Assembly (NCBI GenBank): GCA_029974275.1
Contig: JARKSN010000284.1
Span: 1-28,399 of the forward strand
Length of the DNA stretch: 28,399 nucleotides
Direction: 5' to 3'
Source of the DNA: Candidatus Hydrogenedentota bacterium
GTDB lineage: Bacteria; Hydrogenedentota; Hydrogenedentia; Hydrogenedentales; SLHB01
The notes under the pieces were generated by a model that worked only from the letters and a program-made list of their open reading frames with translations, did no database searches and was not told where the DNA came from. Within the stretch, counting starts at the first letter, position 1, and the number at the start of each line of letters is the position of its first letter. The position numbers were made by a program, and so were the translations under genes. Shown here in pieces: positions 8,029 through 18,700 of the stretch.

Positions 8029-9501
8029 TTACAATTGTCGTCTCCATTGGTCCAACCCCACAACGATCGCGTCATTCAGCCATTTTTCGAAGCGCGCCAA
8101 CACCTTTGGAGCTTCTTGATTATAGAAGAACTGGAAGGTTTCACGACAAACCGGATCCGGGCCGTCAATTGTCGGAGAGCCATCCTCTCCCCAAATGCGG
8201 TGTTCGATAAACGCCGTTGTAGATATGATTCCGACGAACTCGGTCCCGAGAGAGTGGAAAGAGAACACAATCTCAGTTTGACGTTCCCTAACCTTCCTTA
8301 TCTTTAAGCGGATCCATGCGTGATAAGTGTTTAAATCCGCAAAATACGAAAAAGTCTTCGCCACGTTCACAACTTGATTCCAGAACCAGTGCTGACGGCC
8401 CCCCTCGCCGCGGTCAACTTCTATTTGGTATGAATTGTCAATCCCGACTATCTTCGATCTAATCTCGTCTGCGACATTTTGAAGACATGTCGCTGTTTTG
8501 TTTTCAATTTCTTTGGAAATATCGAATACTCTCCGCCTTTCAGTGCGTTCTTCTTCCGCGCGACTGCGGAGTCTGGACACCACCGAGCGGATGGCGGCAT
8601 TCAACGATTCCTGATTCGAAATGACCTCTTCCGAAATACTGAGCGCTCGGACGAACGCGCGCTGTTGCAGACGAGTGAAAAGCTCAATCAAACTTGACAG
8701 GTCTCCATGATCGGCTCTTTCCAGCGCTTCGATGTACACATCTCTGTGTTCGTCGCTGATCACTACCAGCGGGAACCATTCGGCGCGCAGAAAGACAAGA
8801 GACGCTAGCGCACGGGCTACGCGGCCGTTGCCATCCTGAAAAGGATGGATTTGGGTGAATCGATGATGAAGCCAAGCCGCTTCCACTTCGGGTGGTATTC
8901 CTGTAAGTTGGTGGACTGTGTGCATCTCGACTAATCGATCCATCTCCGAGGCAACCTGTTCGACTGGACAGTACTGATGAAGTGTTCCATTCGATGTGGT
9001 GGGATTGTTTGGCTGATCTTTCCACACGCCTCGCTTGAACTCTACAGGCATGCGTCTCCCAAACTGATCGACCGCTTCCACTGTCACTTGATGCGCCGTG
9101 AGCGCCTGATGCAGCTCCTTTATGTATGAGGTTGACAGCGGTCTGTTTTGTCTCACAAAATCAAACAATCCCTCCATCGCGGATTCCTGATCTTTGATGA
9201 TAGGCAGGATTGCTTCCACGGGCTTGTTCGTTTTTCCGTGGGGAATCAGGCTCGCCTGGATGCCGCGCTCAATCAGAAGGCGCGTGATCCCTCGATCAAT
9301 CGTGTACAATCCTTCTATTATGCCGGTCTCTATGGCCCATTGACGCCGAAGCTCCGCGTTGAAGCGGTTCAATGCCTCTGATCCTTGCAGTTTGTTTTTT
9401 TGGTTTTTCCAGATTTCCGCAAGGCTTTTCAATTCGTCGGAGACAAATTCCTCCCAATCCAACGGGAGATCTTCTATCGGGACCCACGTGTAGCCTGGCA
9501 T
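8029..9501 (-). CDS. Fic family protein with N-terminal inhibitory helix and uncharacterised C-terminal domain
   Basis: ATG at 9501 after AAAGGAAAGG. Canonical Fic motif HPFQDGNGRVAR and an (S/T)xxxE(G/N) motif TGIIEG upstream. GC is markedly lower than the flanks. Confidence 0.92.
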   Translation of the reverse strand: MPGYTWVPIEDLPLDWEEFVSDELKSLAEIWKNQKNKLQGSEALNRFNAELRRQWAIETGIIEGLYTIDRGITRLLIERGIQASLIPHGKTNKPVEAILPIIKDQESAMEGLFDFVRQNRPLSTSYIKELHQALTAHQVTVEAVDQFGRRMPVEFKRGVWKDQPNNPTTSNGTLHQYCPVEQVASEMDRLVEMHTVHQLTGIPPEVEAAWLHHRFTQIHPFQDGNGRVARALASLVFLRAEWFPLVVISDEHRDVYIEALERADHGDLSSLIELFTRLQQRAFVRALSISEEVISNQESLNAAIRSVVSRLRSRAEEERTERRRVFDISKEIENKTATCLQNVADEIRSKIVGIDNSYQIEVDRGEGGRQHWFWNQVVNVAKTFSYFADLNTYHAWIRLKIRKVRERQTEIVFSFHSLGTEFVGIISTTAFIEHRIWGEDGSPTIDGPDPVCRETFQFFYNQEAPKVLARFEKWLNDAIVVGLDQWRRQL

Positions 9502-9616
9502 GATTGCCTTTCCTTTCATACAGTCAACGGCGCTTTCCCGTGATGCATTGCGCGGCGGCGCCTTCGAAAACGTCGGTTTCGCGCTTCCCCGCGGCAAAAC
9601 CTCGGCAACGGACCGC

Positions 9617-10453
9617 TTATCGCACGGGGATTCCTTCGGCGTCGCGCCGGCGGAGCTCGGCAAGGAACGAGCCGAAATCATAGCGCGGCGCAAAGCCGAG
9701 CATACGCTTGGTTTTTTCCAAATCGGCCATCACGGGGCGATCGGGAAGCCGGAGGCCGTATTTGTCGATGAGATCGCCATGCCCCGGCCAATGTCTCTCG
9801 ATGATCGCCCGAGGATCGCTCTGGAATGCGTCGCATTCCTCCGGCGTGAAGGGGTGATCGGCGCCGATTTCAAAAGCATCGCAGCCCGCCGCGCCGTCCA
9901 TCACCTTCTCCATCACGCGGACAGCGCACTCGATCACGTCGCGCCGATCCACCCCTCCCGTCAGCAATCGCTCGCCGTACCGGATGAAATCCGTACCGAA
10001 AGGCGTGAAATCCCACGGACGGATGATCCCGATCCGAAACCCGTGCACGCGATGATAATAGCCGCACAGATGTTCGCCAATGAACTTGCTAAAGCCGTAC
10101 TTGTCGCGTTCCCACCCGGAAATGGCCACGCTCGACGCCCACGCCATGCGGCGGACATTGTGCTGCAGCGCGGATTGGAAGACATGAAAGGATCCGTCGA
10201 CATTGAGCTGCCAATAATCGACTTCGCTTTTCTGCCCCCCGTGCATGCCGTGCCAAGCGGGCGTGTGAAAAATAAAGTCGCAGCCGCGCGCAATCGGGAG
10301 CGTTTGATCGAGCGCGCGCAGATCCGCTTGCCGGTATTCGTGGCGCGTGGTCATCGGGAAGCAGTCGGACAGAACAAGATCGCACTTTCCCGTCAGGGCT
10401 TCCGCAAGCCCCGATCCCAGGCTGCCGCCCGCGCCCGTGATGAGGACTCGCAT
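9617..10453 (-). CDS. NAD-dependent epimerase/dehydratase (extended SDR; uronate-dehydrogenase-like)
   Basis: ATG at 10453 after GAAGGAG. Rossmann motif VLITGAGGSLG, acidic residue after beta2 (LSD), NVDG, ASS and catalytic YGFSK. Confidence 0.85.
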   Translation of the reverse strand: MRVLITGAGGSLGSGLAEALTGKCDLVLSDCFPMTTRHEYRQADLRALDQTLPIARGCDFIFHTPAWHGMHGGQKSEVDYWQLNVDGSFHVFQSALQHNVRRMAWASSVAISGWERDKYGFSKFIGEHLCGYYHRVHGFRIGIIRPWDFTPFGTDFIRYGERLLTGGVDRRDVIECAVRVMEKVMDGAAGCDAFEIGADHPFTPEECDAFQSDPRAIIERHWPGHGDLIDKYGLRLPDRPVMADLEKTKRMLGFAPRYDFGSFLAELRRRDAEGIPVR

Positions 10454-10488
10454 GCGCGTTTCTCCTTCCCGTTGCGGCTGGACGCGGC

Positions 10489-11370
10489 CTATTCGTCTCT
10501 TGGGAAAAGCGTCAACGCCCGCATGATGGTGGCAGTCGCCTGCGACTTGTTGAGGACGTAAAAGTGGATGCCGGGGCATCCGGCTTCCACCAGCCCTTCG
10601 ACCTGTCGCGTGGCGAAGTATACGCCGACATCGAATTGGCCTTTCGGATCGCCCGCCTGAAATTCGAGCCGCGTCAAAAACTCATCCGGAAGCGTCGCCC
10701 CGCACATCGCCGAGATTCGCTTGATCTGCTTCAAGCTCGTGACCGGCAAAATGCCCGGCACGATCGGAACGCGAATGCCCGTCGCGGCGCATCGGTCGCG
10801 GAAGCGGAAAAAATCATCGTTGCGGTAGAACAATTGGCTGATGACGAAATCGGCCCCCGCGTCGACCTTGCGCTTCAAGTGGTCGAGGTCGGTCTCGAAA
10901 TCCGGAGCCTCGAGATGTTTCTCGGGATAGCCCGCAACGACCACGCTGAAACCGGGATGCTCCGACCGGATGAACCGGACCAATTCGTCCGCGTGGCGGA
11001 ACCCGCCGTCGGTCGCCCGAAACGCCGCTTCGCCTTTCGGCGGATCGCCGCGCAGCGCGACGATGCCCTCGATGCCGCGCGCGGCGGCATCGTCAAGATA
11101 CGCGCGCAGATCGGATGGCGTCGCGCCCACGCATGTCAGGTGCGCCGCGACCGGAAGTCCGAACTCCCGCCGGACCCGCGCCGCGATGTCGAGCGTCTTG
11201 TCGCGCGTCGACCCGCCCGCTCCGTACGTGCACGTGACGAACGACGGGCGGAACTGGATCAGTTCGGTCAGGTTGGCGAAGAGATCGTCCATGCCCGCCG
11301 TGTCCCGCGGCGGGTATAGCTCGAACGAAAGCCCCAATTTCCCGGGGCTGTAGGCGCTTACCAATGGCAC
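10489..11370 (-). CDS. metF: 5,10-methylenetetrahydrofolate reductase
   Basis: GTG at 11370 after GAGGA. Motifs SFELYPP, TYGAGGSTR, AHLTCVG, ALRGDPP, AGYPEKH, LKRKVDAGADF.ISQLF and GIHFYVLN. Confidence 0.96.
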   Translation of the reverse strand: MPLVSAYSPGKLGLSFELYPPRDTAGMDDLFANLTELIQFRPSFVTCTYGAGGSTRDKTLDIAARVRREFGLPVAAHLTCVGATPSDLRAYLDDAAARGIEGIVALRGDPPKGEAAFRATDGGFRHADELVRFIRSEHPGFSVVVAGYPEKHLEAPDFETDLDHLKRKVDAGADFVISQLFYRNDDFFRFRDRCAATGIRVPIVPGILPVTSLKQIKRISAMCGATLPDEFLTRLEFQAGDPKGQFDVGVYFATRQVEGLVEAGCPGIHFYVLNKSQATATIMRALTLFPRDE

Positions 11371-11416
11371 GTCGCATTTCCTCTGCTTGATCGTTGCTCC
11401 GCCGCTTGCTTTCGCG

Positions 11417-11445
11417 ATGCTACCCGCCTTCCGCGCCGCGGTCAA
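11417..11445 (-). promoter_or_regulatory. Putative sigma70 promoter of metF
   Basis: Minus strand TTGACC-N17-TAGCAT, about 46 bp upstream of the metF start. Confidence 0.6.
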
Positions 11446-11493
11446 GCAACGTCCGGTTGATCGCGCGCCAACCCCGAACGGGACCATGCCCGT

Positions 11494-12693
11494 TCAACGG
11501 CTTGTTGGGCGCCGAATCGTCTCGGCTTCGTTTCGAACCAGGTCTTCTCGGATGCGGTTGCCTATGCGCCGGGCCGCTTCGTCCCAGGTGTAGTTCCGGC
11601 GCGCATGATCGTGAGCGGCCCGACCCATTGCCTCCAGCCGCGCGGGGTCGCGAAGAAGCCCCGTCAGCGTCTGGGCAAGCGCCGCCGCGTCGTATTCAGG
11701 AACGAGGCATCCGGTTTCGCCGTCGACGATGGTCTCTCGAAACGCGAAACGCGCCGGGGCCACGCAGGGCACGTAGCTGTTCTGCGCTTCCACGACGACC
11801 ACGCCGAACGGTTCGAAGTGGCTCATGATGCAGAACACCGACGCCTGGCTGTAATAGTGCAACAGCCGATCGATCCCTCCAGGCTCGTCCTTGCCGATGC
11901 GTCCGACCGCCTCGACCCCGGGCTCATCGATGGGGGGGCGGCATCCTATGATGACCAGCCGCGCTTGGGGCAAGACTTGGCGGACGCGGCGGAACGCTTC
12001 GACGATGAGCGGCCCTCCCTTGCGCGCGAATTCCGTGCCGATGAAAAGAATCGTTTGGCGATCGTAGGGGCCGTGGGGCAGGGGGCGGGCTTCGTGATTC
12101 GAGCCTGCCCCGGCCACGCAGACTTTCTCCGGAGGCAAGCCGTAATCCTCGTAGCATGACTGCGCGGCCCATTGGGTCCGCGGAAACACGCAGGCGCATT
12201 CGTCGAAAACGCGCCGTTGGTACGCGCGGACGCGGGCGATGACGCGTTCCGGCAGCAGCCCGAAATCCCATTCACGGGCCGCCGCCACCTGCGCCACGGT
12301 CGCATCGAAATAACAGTACTTGGGCGCGTTCACCTGGGGATTGTAGGTCGTGCCGTACAGAAAACACGCATTGAAGCCGGGGCGTCCGGCGGCAACGGCG
12401 TGGGCGCGGCGCGTATTGCGCGCGAAGGACATATCCGACCAGCGGTATCGCATCCATAGCCCGAATCGATCGAGCCGGCGCGACAGGCGAATCGCGGCAT
12501 TGCCCTTGGAAAAGATATTCGAGACGCCCGAAACGTTGGCGGGCGCGCCGTGGAGCATCCCCCGGCGCTCCATTGCGCGGAACAGGCTCCGCGCCGACCC
12601 GCTGAACGTTCGCGCGGCCTCGGGATCGCCCGCGCACAATGCGAGAAGCCGCACTTCCGGTTCGTTGCCGGCGGCAAGACGGTCCTGCTCCAT
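11494..12693 (-). CDS. Glycosyltransferase family 4 (GT-B, retaining)
   Basis: ILFIG....RKG...IVEAF, an EX7E motif (EPFGVVVVE), ETIVDGETGCLV and a C-terminal YTW. CAGGAG RBS. Confidence 0.92.
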   Translation of the reverse strand: MEQDRLAAGNEPEVRLLALCAGDPEAARTFSGSARSLFRAMERRGMLHGAPANVSGVSNIFSKGNAAIRLSRRLDRFGLWMRYRWSDMSFARNTRRAHAVAAGRPGFNACFLYGTTYNPQVNAPKYCYFDATVAQVAAAREWDFGLLPERVIARVRAYQRRVFDECACVFPRTQWAAQSCYEDYGLPPEKVCVAGAGSNHEARPLPHGPYDRQTILFIGTEFARKGGPLIVEAFRRVRQVLPQARLVIIGCRPPIDEPGVEAVGRIGKDEPGGIDRLLHYYSQASVFCIMSHFEPFGVVVVEAQNSYVPCVAPARFAFRETIVDGETGCLVPEYDAAALAQTLTGLLRDPARLEAMGRAAHDHARRNYTWDEAARRIGNRIREDLVRNEAETIRRPTSR

Positions 12694-12714
12694 GGATCGC
12701 TCCTGTTGACGCCG

Positions 12715-15633
12715 TTACGGCTTGCCGGCGATGGCCTCGGCCTCGTCGCGCCGGTCAAAATTGATTCCCAGTTGATCGGCGTAGACCAGCGCCAAATGGA
12801 CGTAGCTCTTGCCCTCCTCCGATCGGCCTTCGGTCATGAGCAGTTTGCCGAAGTCCAACAGCATGGACGGATCCCCGGGGCGCTGTTCCAACGCGACGAT
12901 CAGGTTTTTCCGGCCTTCCTCCAGATTGCCGTTGCGGATCTGCGCCAAACCCAGCGTATGCAGCACGCGGGGGTTCATGCCGAATTGTTGTGCCGCGGCC
13001 TGGGCCAGTTCGAGGGCGCGCTTCGCATCGCCGTTTGTGCGCAGCAACGTGTACGCAAGGTTGTTCTTGGCGCTGGCGTCGTCCGGACGCAGCGCGAGCA
13101 GGCGCGTATACACGCTTTCGGCCTCCTTCATGTCGTTCCTGCGCTCGCAGAAATCCGCTTTCCGCAACAGCGTCATCGCGTTATCGGGGGCAAGTTCCAA
13201 GGCCCGTTTCATGGCATCGGCTTCTTTATCGGCGTCCCCCTGCGTTTTATACAAATCCGCGAGCGCCAAATACGGCACAGGGTCTTTGGGGTATCGATCC
13301 GCCAGCGCACCGAGGCGCTTCGCCGCGTCGCCTTCCGTTTGGTCTTTGCCGATGATGTCGGCCGTCAGCAACAGCAGCGGGGAAGCCCCATCGACCTCCG
13401 CCGTCAGCGGTTCCAGCGTGGCGGCGGCCAGCGCGAACAACCGCTGTTCGCGATAGGCCAGCCCTAGCAGGTATTGCGGAAGCCGTTCCGGCTTGGCGGC
13501 CAGTTTTTGGGCCAACGCCGCTTCCTCGTCGTTGCACGGCGCGTCCTTTCCCAACGCCTTCAACGGGATGCGGAACAACACGCCCTGCGATTGCGCAGCC
13601 CCTTCTGGCAGCGTCAGGGGAACCGCTGCTTCCTGAATGTTGCCTTGATGCAGCAACGCCGCCGCCAGAAGCAGCCGGTTGACCGTGCGGCGATCCGGCT
13701 CGGAAACCCGTTCGCACCACGACGTCACTTCCGCCCAATCGTTCTTTGTCGCGGCAAGGGTCGCGCCGACGGCGGCGACAGGCCCGGCAAGTTCAGGGGG
13801 GGGCTTGATGCCGGCCAAAATCTCGTGCGCCTCGTCGTACGCGCCGGACTGCACTAGGGCGGAGGCCTTCGCCAGCAGCAGGGCGGGGTCGCCGGGCAAC
13901 GCTTCCAGTCCCCGGCGCAAAACCTGCAGGGCCAGGTCTGTCTGGGCGCTGTCCAAATACGCCTGCGCCAGATTCAACATCGCGTCCCGATCCTCCGGGT
14001 AGAGGCTGTACGTGGATTCCGCGAGTTCTCGGGCCTCGTCGAGTTTGTTGTCGCGCACAAGCACGCTGAACAGGAGGCGGCGGGCCTCCGTGTTTGCGGG
14101 ATGCGTGGCGACCAGACGCCGCAAGCTTCCCGCCGCAAACTCCGGCATGCCGGCCGCGATGTAATACGTCGCGAGGTTGTAGAGCGGCACGGCGTTTTGA
14201 GGAAAATCATGCAGACACTGTGAATAGGCGCCCAACGCTTGCATGCCCGCGCCGTGCAGCGCCAGGCGGAATCCCCGGGCAATCTCGCGCATGAGCCGCC
14301 GCTCGGCGTCGGTTTCCTTCCATGCCTCCAGCGCGTCCCGCACTTTCGCGAAATCGCGCTCCTCCAAAAGCGCCATGTACCCCCGCAGCGGCGAATCCGC
14401 GGGAAGGCCCTCGACCAGTTGCTGCGCGAGCGCTTTCTCGCCCGTGAACAACGCCGACAAGACAAGCGTCTCCCTAAGGTTTGCCCCGCCCTCGGCCAGG
14501 AACTTCTCTCGCCCGTTCACCAAACGTCCAAGGCTGCCCATCTGCCACAGTTCGCGCCACGACGTCGCGGCGCTGGACGAAACCTCCGGAACGGCATTTT
14601 CGGAGGCGCCCGGTTTTGCGGCGGTCTGTCTGCCGCCCGATTGCGCCGTGGCCAACGCTTCCATGATGGCGCTGTTTTGGGGGATGGCGCGCGCCGCCGT
14701 GAGCAGATACGGCAACGCTTCGGCGTAAGAAGCCTTTTGGAGCAGATACACGCCCTGCACATAATTGGCCCAACCGGAATCGGGCCGCGCCGCCAAAATC
14801 GGCTTGGCGATGTGTTGCCCCTCTTCCCCCCGTCCGCTTTCGACGAGGGCGCGGGCCAGGGCCAGTTTATGGTTGTCAAGCGCCTCCCGGGCCGCCGCGT
14901 CGCCCGGAGCCGCCGCCACAACCTCTTCCTGGCGTTTGATCATTTCCTCGATTTCCGCTATCAAATCAGACAGCTTGCCCTGAACGCGAAACGCTTCGAT
15001 CAACATCATCCGGGCCGGCAGCGCCTGGGGATCCAGATCGTTCAACGCGGCGCGGGCCTCTTCCTCGGCCTTGGCGGCCTGACCCGCTTGCAGGTATGCC
15101 CCCCCAAGCGCCACCCGCGCCTCCAACGAACGGGGAAACTGTTCGCGCAACGCCGTCAGCGTGGCGATGGCCGCCTCGCCTCGCCCCGTGACCTGTTCCA
15201 CATGGGCCAACAGCAGCCCGCCCTTCTCCGGATCGCGCCCTTGCAGTTCCCGGGCCAAGGCCTCGGCTTCGGACGTGTTGCCCTGTTTCACGGAGAGCGC
15301 CGCCAGTTCCACAAAGGCGGGAACCAATACGGGGTCCAATTTGATCGCCTCGCGGTAGGCCGTGACGGCGTCGTCGGGACGTTGCTGCGCGGCGTATACG
15401 CGGGCCACGCCTAGCTTGGCCAGTGCATTGCGCGGGTCTGCCGACAACGCGCGATCGTACTCAATCATGGCGTCCGCTGGCTTCTCCAAACGCAAATACG
15501 TGTCGCCCTGTTGCCGGAATTGCTCGCTGCGACGCCCGCCGCATTGCGATGTCGCCGCCAGAACGATCGCCAACGCCAGCGCAACCCCGATGCGACGCCA
15601 TTCCGACCCTTTTCTCGTCGTGCCCATAGTCAT
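12715..15633 (-). CDS. Large TPR-repeat protein, probable exported (lipo)protein, PrsT-like
   Basis: ATG at 15633 after GGAGGA. A hydrophobic signal ends in ATSQC-GG, followed by many TPR units (A...DP.N..A..LG). The C-terminal NNLAY...RALELAQ.A.....P.VLHTLG...F....EA resembles EPS/PEP-CTERM-associated PrsT-type proteins. Confidence 0.8.
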   Translation of the reverse strand: MTMGTTRKGSEWRRIGVALALAIVLAATSQCGGRRSEQFRQQGDTYLRLEKPADAMIEYDRALSADPRNALAKLGVARVYAAQQRPDDAVTAYREAIKLDPVLVPAFVELAALSVKQGNTSEAEALARELQGRDPEKGGLLLAHVEQVTGRGEAAIATLTALREQFPRSLEARVALGGAYLQAGQAAKAEEEARAALNDLDPQALPARMMLIEAFRVQGKLSDLIAEIEEMIKRQEEVVAAAPGDAAAREALDNHKLALARALVESGRGEEGQHIAKPILAARPDSGWANYVQGVYLLQKASYAEALPYLLTAARAIPQNSAIMEALATAQSGGRQTAAKPGASENAVPEVSSSAATSWRELWQMGSLGRLVNGREKFLAEGGANLRETLVLSALFTGEKALAQQLVEGLPADSPLRGYMALLEERDFAKVRDALEAWKETDAERRLMREIARGFRLALHGAGMQALGAYSQCLHDFPQNAVPLYNLATYYIAAGMPEFAAGSLRRLVATHPANTEARRLLFSVLVRDNKLDEARELAESTYSLYPEDRDAMLNLAQAYLDSAQTDLALQVLRRGLEALPGDPALLLAKASALVQSGAYDEAHEILAGIKPPPELAGPVAAVGATLAATKNDWAEVTSWCERVSEPDRRTVNRLLLAAALLHQGNIQEAAVPLTLPEGAAQSQGVLFRIPLKALGKDAPCNDEEAALAQKLAAKPERLPQYLLGLAYREQRLFALAAATLEPLTAEVDGASPLLLLTADIIGKDQTEGDAAKRLGALADRYPKDPVPYLALADLYKTQGDADKEADAMKRALELAPDNAMTLLRKADFCERRNDMKEAESVYTRLLALRPDDASAKNNLAYTLLRTNGDAKRALELAQAAAQQFGMNPRVLHTLGLAQIRNGNLEEGRKNLIVALEQRPGDPSMLLDFGKLLMTEGRSEEGKSYVHLALVYADQLGINFDRRDEAEAIAGKP

Positions 15634-15722
15634 TTCCTCCGCGGCGATTTTGCGGTCGCCATCGATCCTATCCGGAAGAAGCCGCGTTCGCACACGGCGC
15701 CTTCGCACGGTTCCCGGCGCGC

Positions 15723-18700
15723 TTATTTTCCAAGCATGGCGCCAATACGCTTCAAATATTGCGGGTCCACGGGTTGCCCCGCCTGCGCCTTGGCGGAGGC
15801 CGACGCATAATACCGGTTGGCCGCGTCGCGATCGCCAAGTTCGAAATACGCCTCCGCCATCGCCGCGTCGACATGGGCCGGCCCCGAGTCGAGTTGCGCC
15901 ACGGGCTGCAAGTCGCGCACGCCTTTGTCATACTGCTTGAGCGCGACGAAGATGAGCCCGCGCAGCGTCACGTAGGCGGCTTTGGGATCTAGCCGGATGG
16001 CCCGCTCAATCGTCTGCAGGGCGCCCGCCATGTCCATGCCCCGCTGGGCCATCAACATCGCCTTGCGATACAGCATGCCCGCATCTTCCGGGCGCCGTTT
16101 CAGGAAGCGTTCGCACAGCGCCTCGGCCTCGGCGGCATTGCCCATGCGCGTCTGGACCTCCATCATTTTCTCCGTGATGGACGACGAGGCGGGATCAATC
16201 AACATGGCCCGGGTCAACGCCGTAGAGGCTTTGGGCAGGGCGTCCGCATGGTTCTGGGCGAGCAAGAAATCCGCCAGCGTCAACCACGAATCCAACATGC
16301 CGGCATGCGTCGCGGCAAAGCGGTTCAACACGTCCTCGCCTTCCGCGGCGCGCCCGGTTTTGGCCAGCATCGCGGCCAGGTTTCCCGCCACGGTCGCATC
16401 GTCCGGATGCGCCGCCGCCTGCTCCCGGAGCGTTTTTTCCGCTTGGGCGGAGTCGCCCTGCTCCATCAGAATCCGCCCTTCCATATAGGCGAGCGACTTC
16501 GCCTTGGCGGGATCATCCCCCGCCACGCGTTTGATTTGGCCGAACAGGTCCTGCGCCCGCGCCTTCTGACCGGTTTCCAGGCAGACCGTCATCAATAGTT
16601 CCAAGGCGGCCAATTCTTGGGGGTTTTCCACAAGCAGGGCTTCCAGCATGCGTTGCGCTTCGCTGTGACGTTTTTGCCCCAACGCCGCCTCTGCCGCGTA
16701 GAGCCGGGCCGGCAGCGAATGAGGAGCCAGGGCGATTGCTCGATCGGCCAGATCGCCGCCTTTCACGAAATCGCGGGCGTTCAGCGCCAAACGCGCCAAC
16801 CCCAGCAAGGCCGTCAGATTGGCGGGATCCTTGTCATACACCCGCTGAAACCGTTCCCGCGCGCCGGCGGGATCCGGCGGCGTCATGGTCATCAACAACT
16901 GCGCGGCCAACGCTTGCGCGGCCAGGTTTTCGGGGTCTTCCTTCAGCGCCGCGTCCAACGCTTCCTGGGCGCGCGCGTGCGCCTCCGGGGCGCCTGTCTT
17001 GAGAAACGCCTGCGCCACGGCCACGCGGGCCTCCGTCACCTCGGGAGCGCCCCCCGCACCCAACGTTTCGAGCAATGCTCGCGCTTCTTCGGGCTTGCCT
17101 TGGCGCGCCACGGTCTTCACCCGGGCCGCCGCGATCGCGCGCTGATCCTCCGCGCTGAAACCCGGCTTGCCGCTGCCGAGCGTTTCCATCGCGATTTCGG
17201 GATGGTTCGCCTCGGCAAAAAACGAAGCCCAGTCAATCAGTTCGCGCGCCGTGACGTCTTCCCGAGCGATATCCGCCTTGCAAAGGCCGTGCGCCGCTTC
17301 CACGTCTCCCCGCGCCAGCGCCAATCCCGCGCGCGGCATCCGCAAAACGTCCTCGGCAATGCCCGCGGCGGCGGCGCGATCCAACGCGGCGGCGGCGCCT
17401 TCGAGGTCATCCGTCGCCGTCGCCAAATCTTGCAGGGCTAGATAGCCTTGCGCGGATTTCGGGTCCATCGCGATCGCTTTCTCGATGGTCGTCTGCATTG
17501 TCGGGAGATAGGCCGGAACGGCGTTTTCGTTTCGGGCGACCTCGTAAAGGGATTTCGCCGCGGCGATCAACATGCGAGACGTCGCCAATTCGTTGCGCTG
17601 AAGCGTCTGCGCTTCCTGGGCGAATTCTTCCGCGGTGCGCGGAGGACGGGCGATTCGCTGTAGCAGCGCCCGGGCGTTTTCATCGTTTGGGGTATTGCGC
17701 AGATAAGTTTCAAGAATGATGCGGGCCTGATCGGGCCGGCGGAGATCGAGGTTTGCCAGCGCCAGGTAAACGTGGGACGGCGCGAACGAGGGATCGCGCA
17801 CCACCACCGTTTCCAGGATGCTGGCGGCCTCCTGGGGCTTGCCCTCCAGCAGCAGCATGCGCCCGCGAAAATAGTCCTGAAGGAGCACGTTGGCCGGATG
17901 CGCCTTGAGAAGCTTCTGGTTGGTGGCGCGGGCTGCGTCGATTTGGCCGCAGGACAATTGCAGGTCGGTCAGGGCGACCAGGATGGCCGGGGAATCGACC
18001 GATATCTCTGGGGACAGCGCAGACAGGAAATCGATGGCCTTTGCGATGGAACCCTGGCGGGAGTAGGTTTCGGCGAGGGGAATATAGGTCTCCGAGCGTT
18101 CCGGGGCCAATTGGATGATTTTTTCGCCGAGTTCCTGGGCTTTGTCCCATGCGCCCCGGGCCATCTCAAACCGCATCGCGGCGAGCAGGGCGTCGGGATT
18201 GGACGGTTCCAAGCGCAATCCTTCGGTCACTTCCGTCTCCGCCATGGCCATGTCGCGCGCGGCGATGGCGTATTGGGCTCGTTGCGCGCGTATGGAGGCG
18301 GATTCGGGATGTTGCCGCAACGCGGTTTCCAGAACGGCGCGAGCCTGGCTATCCAACTGCCGCTCGCGCAGCAACAAGGCAAGGTCGAGGTAGCTGCGAG
18401 GCTCGGCCGTGCCCGCGTCCACAAGCGTTCGCAGGGCTTCCGTCGCTTCTTCGCGGCGCCCCAGACGCATCAGGGCCCGAGCGCGTATGTTTTGCAGCGC
18501 GGGATCGTCCGGACGCCGCCCCAAAAACGCATGGGCATAATATTCCACATCGCCCCACGCCCCCAGCTTCGTCTGGATGTCCAACAGCTTTTCCTGCGCG
18601 GCGATGTCATCGGGCCGTAGCTGCGTCAGCAGAATGTATGCGCGGGCCGCTTCCCCCAAGGCTTCTTCCCGCCCCTCGAACAGGCGCAGGCAGGCCTCGG

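Noticed and set aside
7971..9616. Fic gene as an integron cassette
   Set aside because: No proper RYYYAAC...GTTRRRY attC structure in the flanks, and no integrase or cassette array.
11371..11493. SAM/SAH/THF riboswitch upstream of metF
   Set aside because: The candidate promoter leaves only about 40 nt of leader, with no riboswitch consensus.
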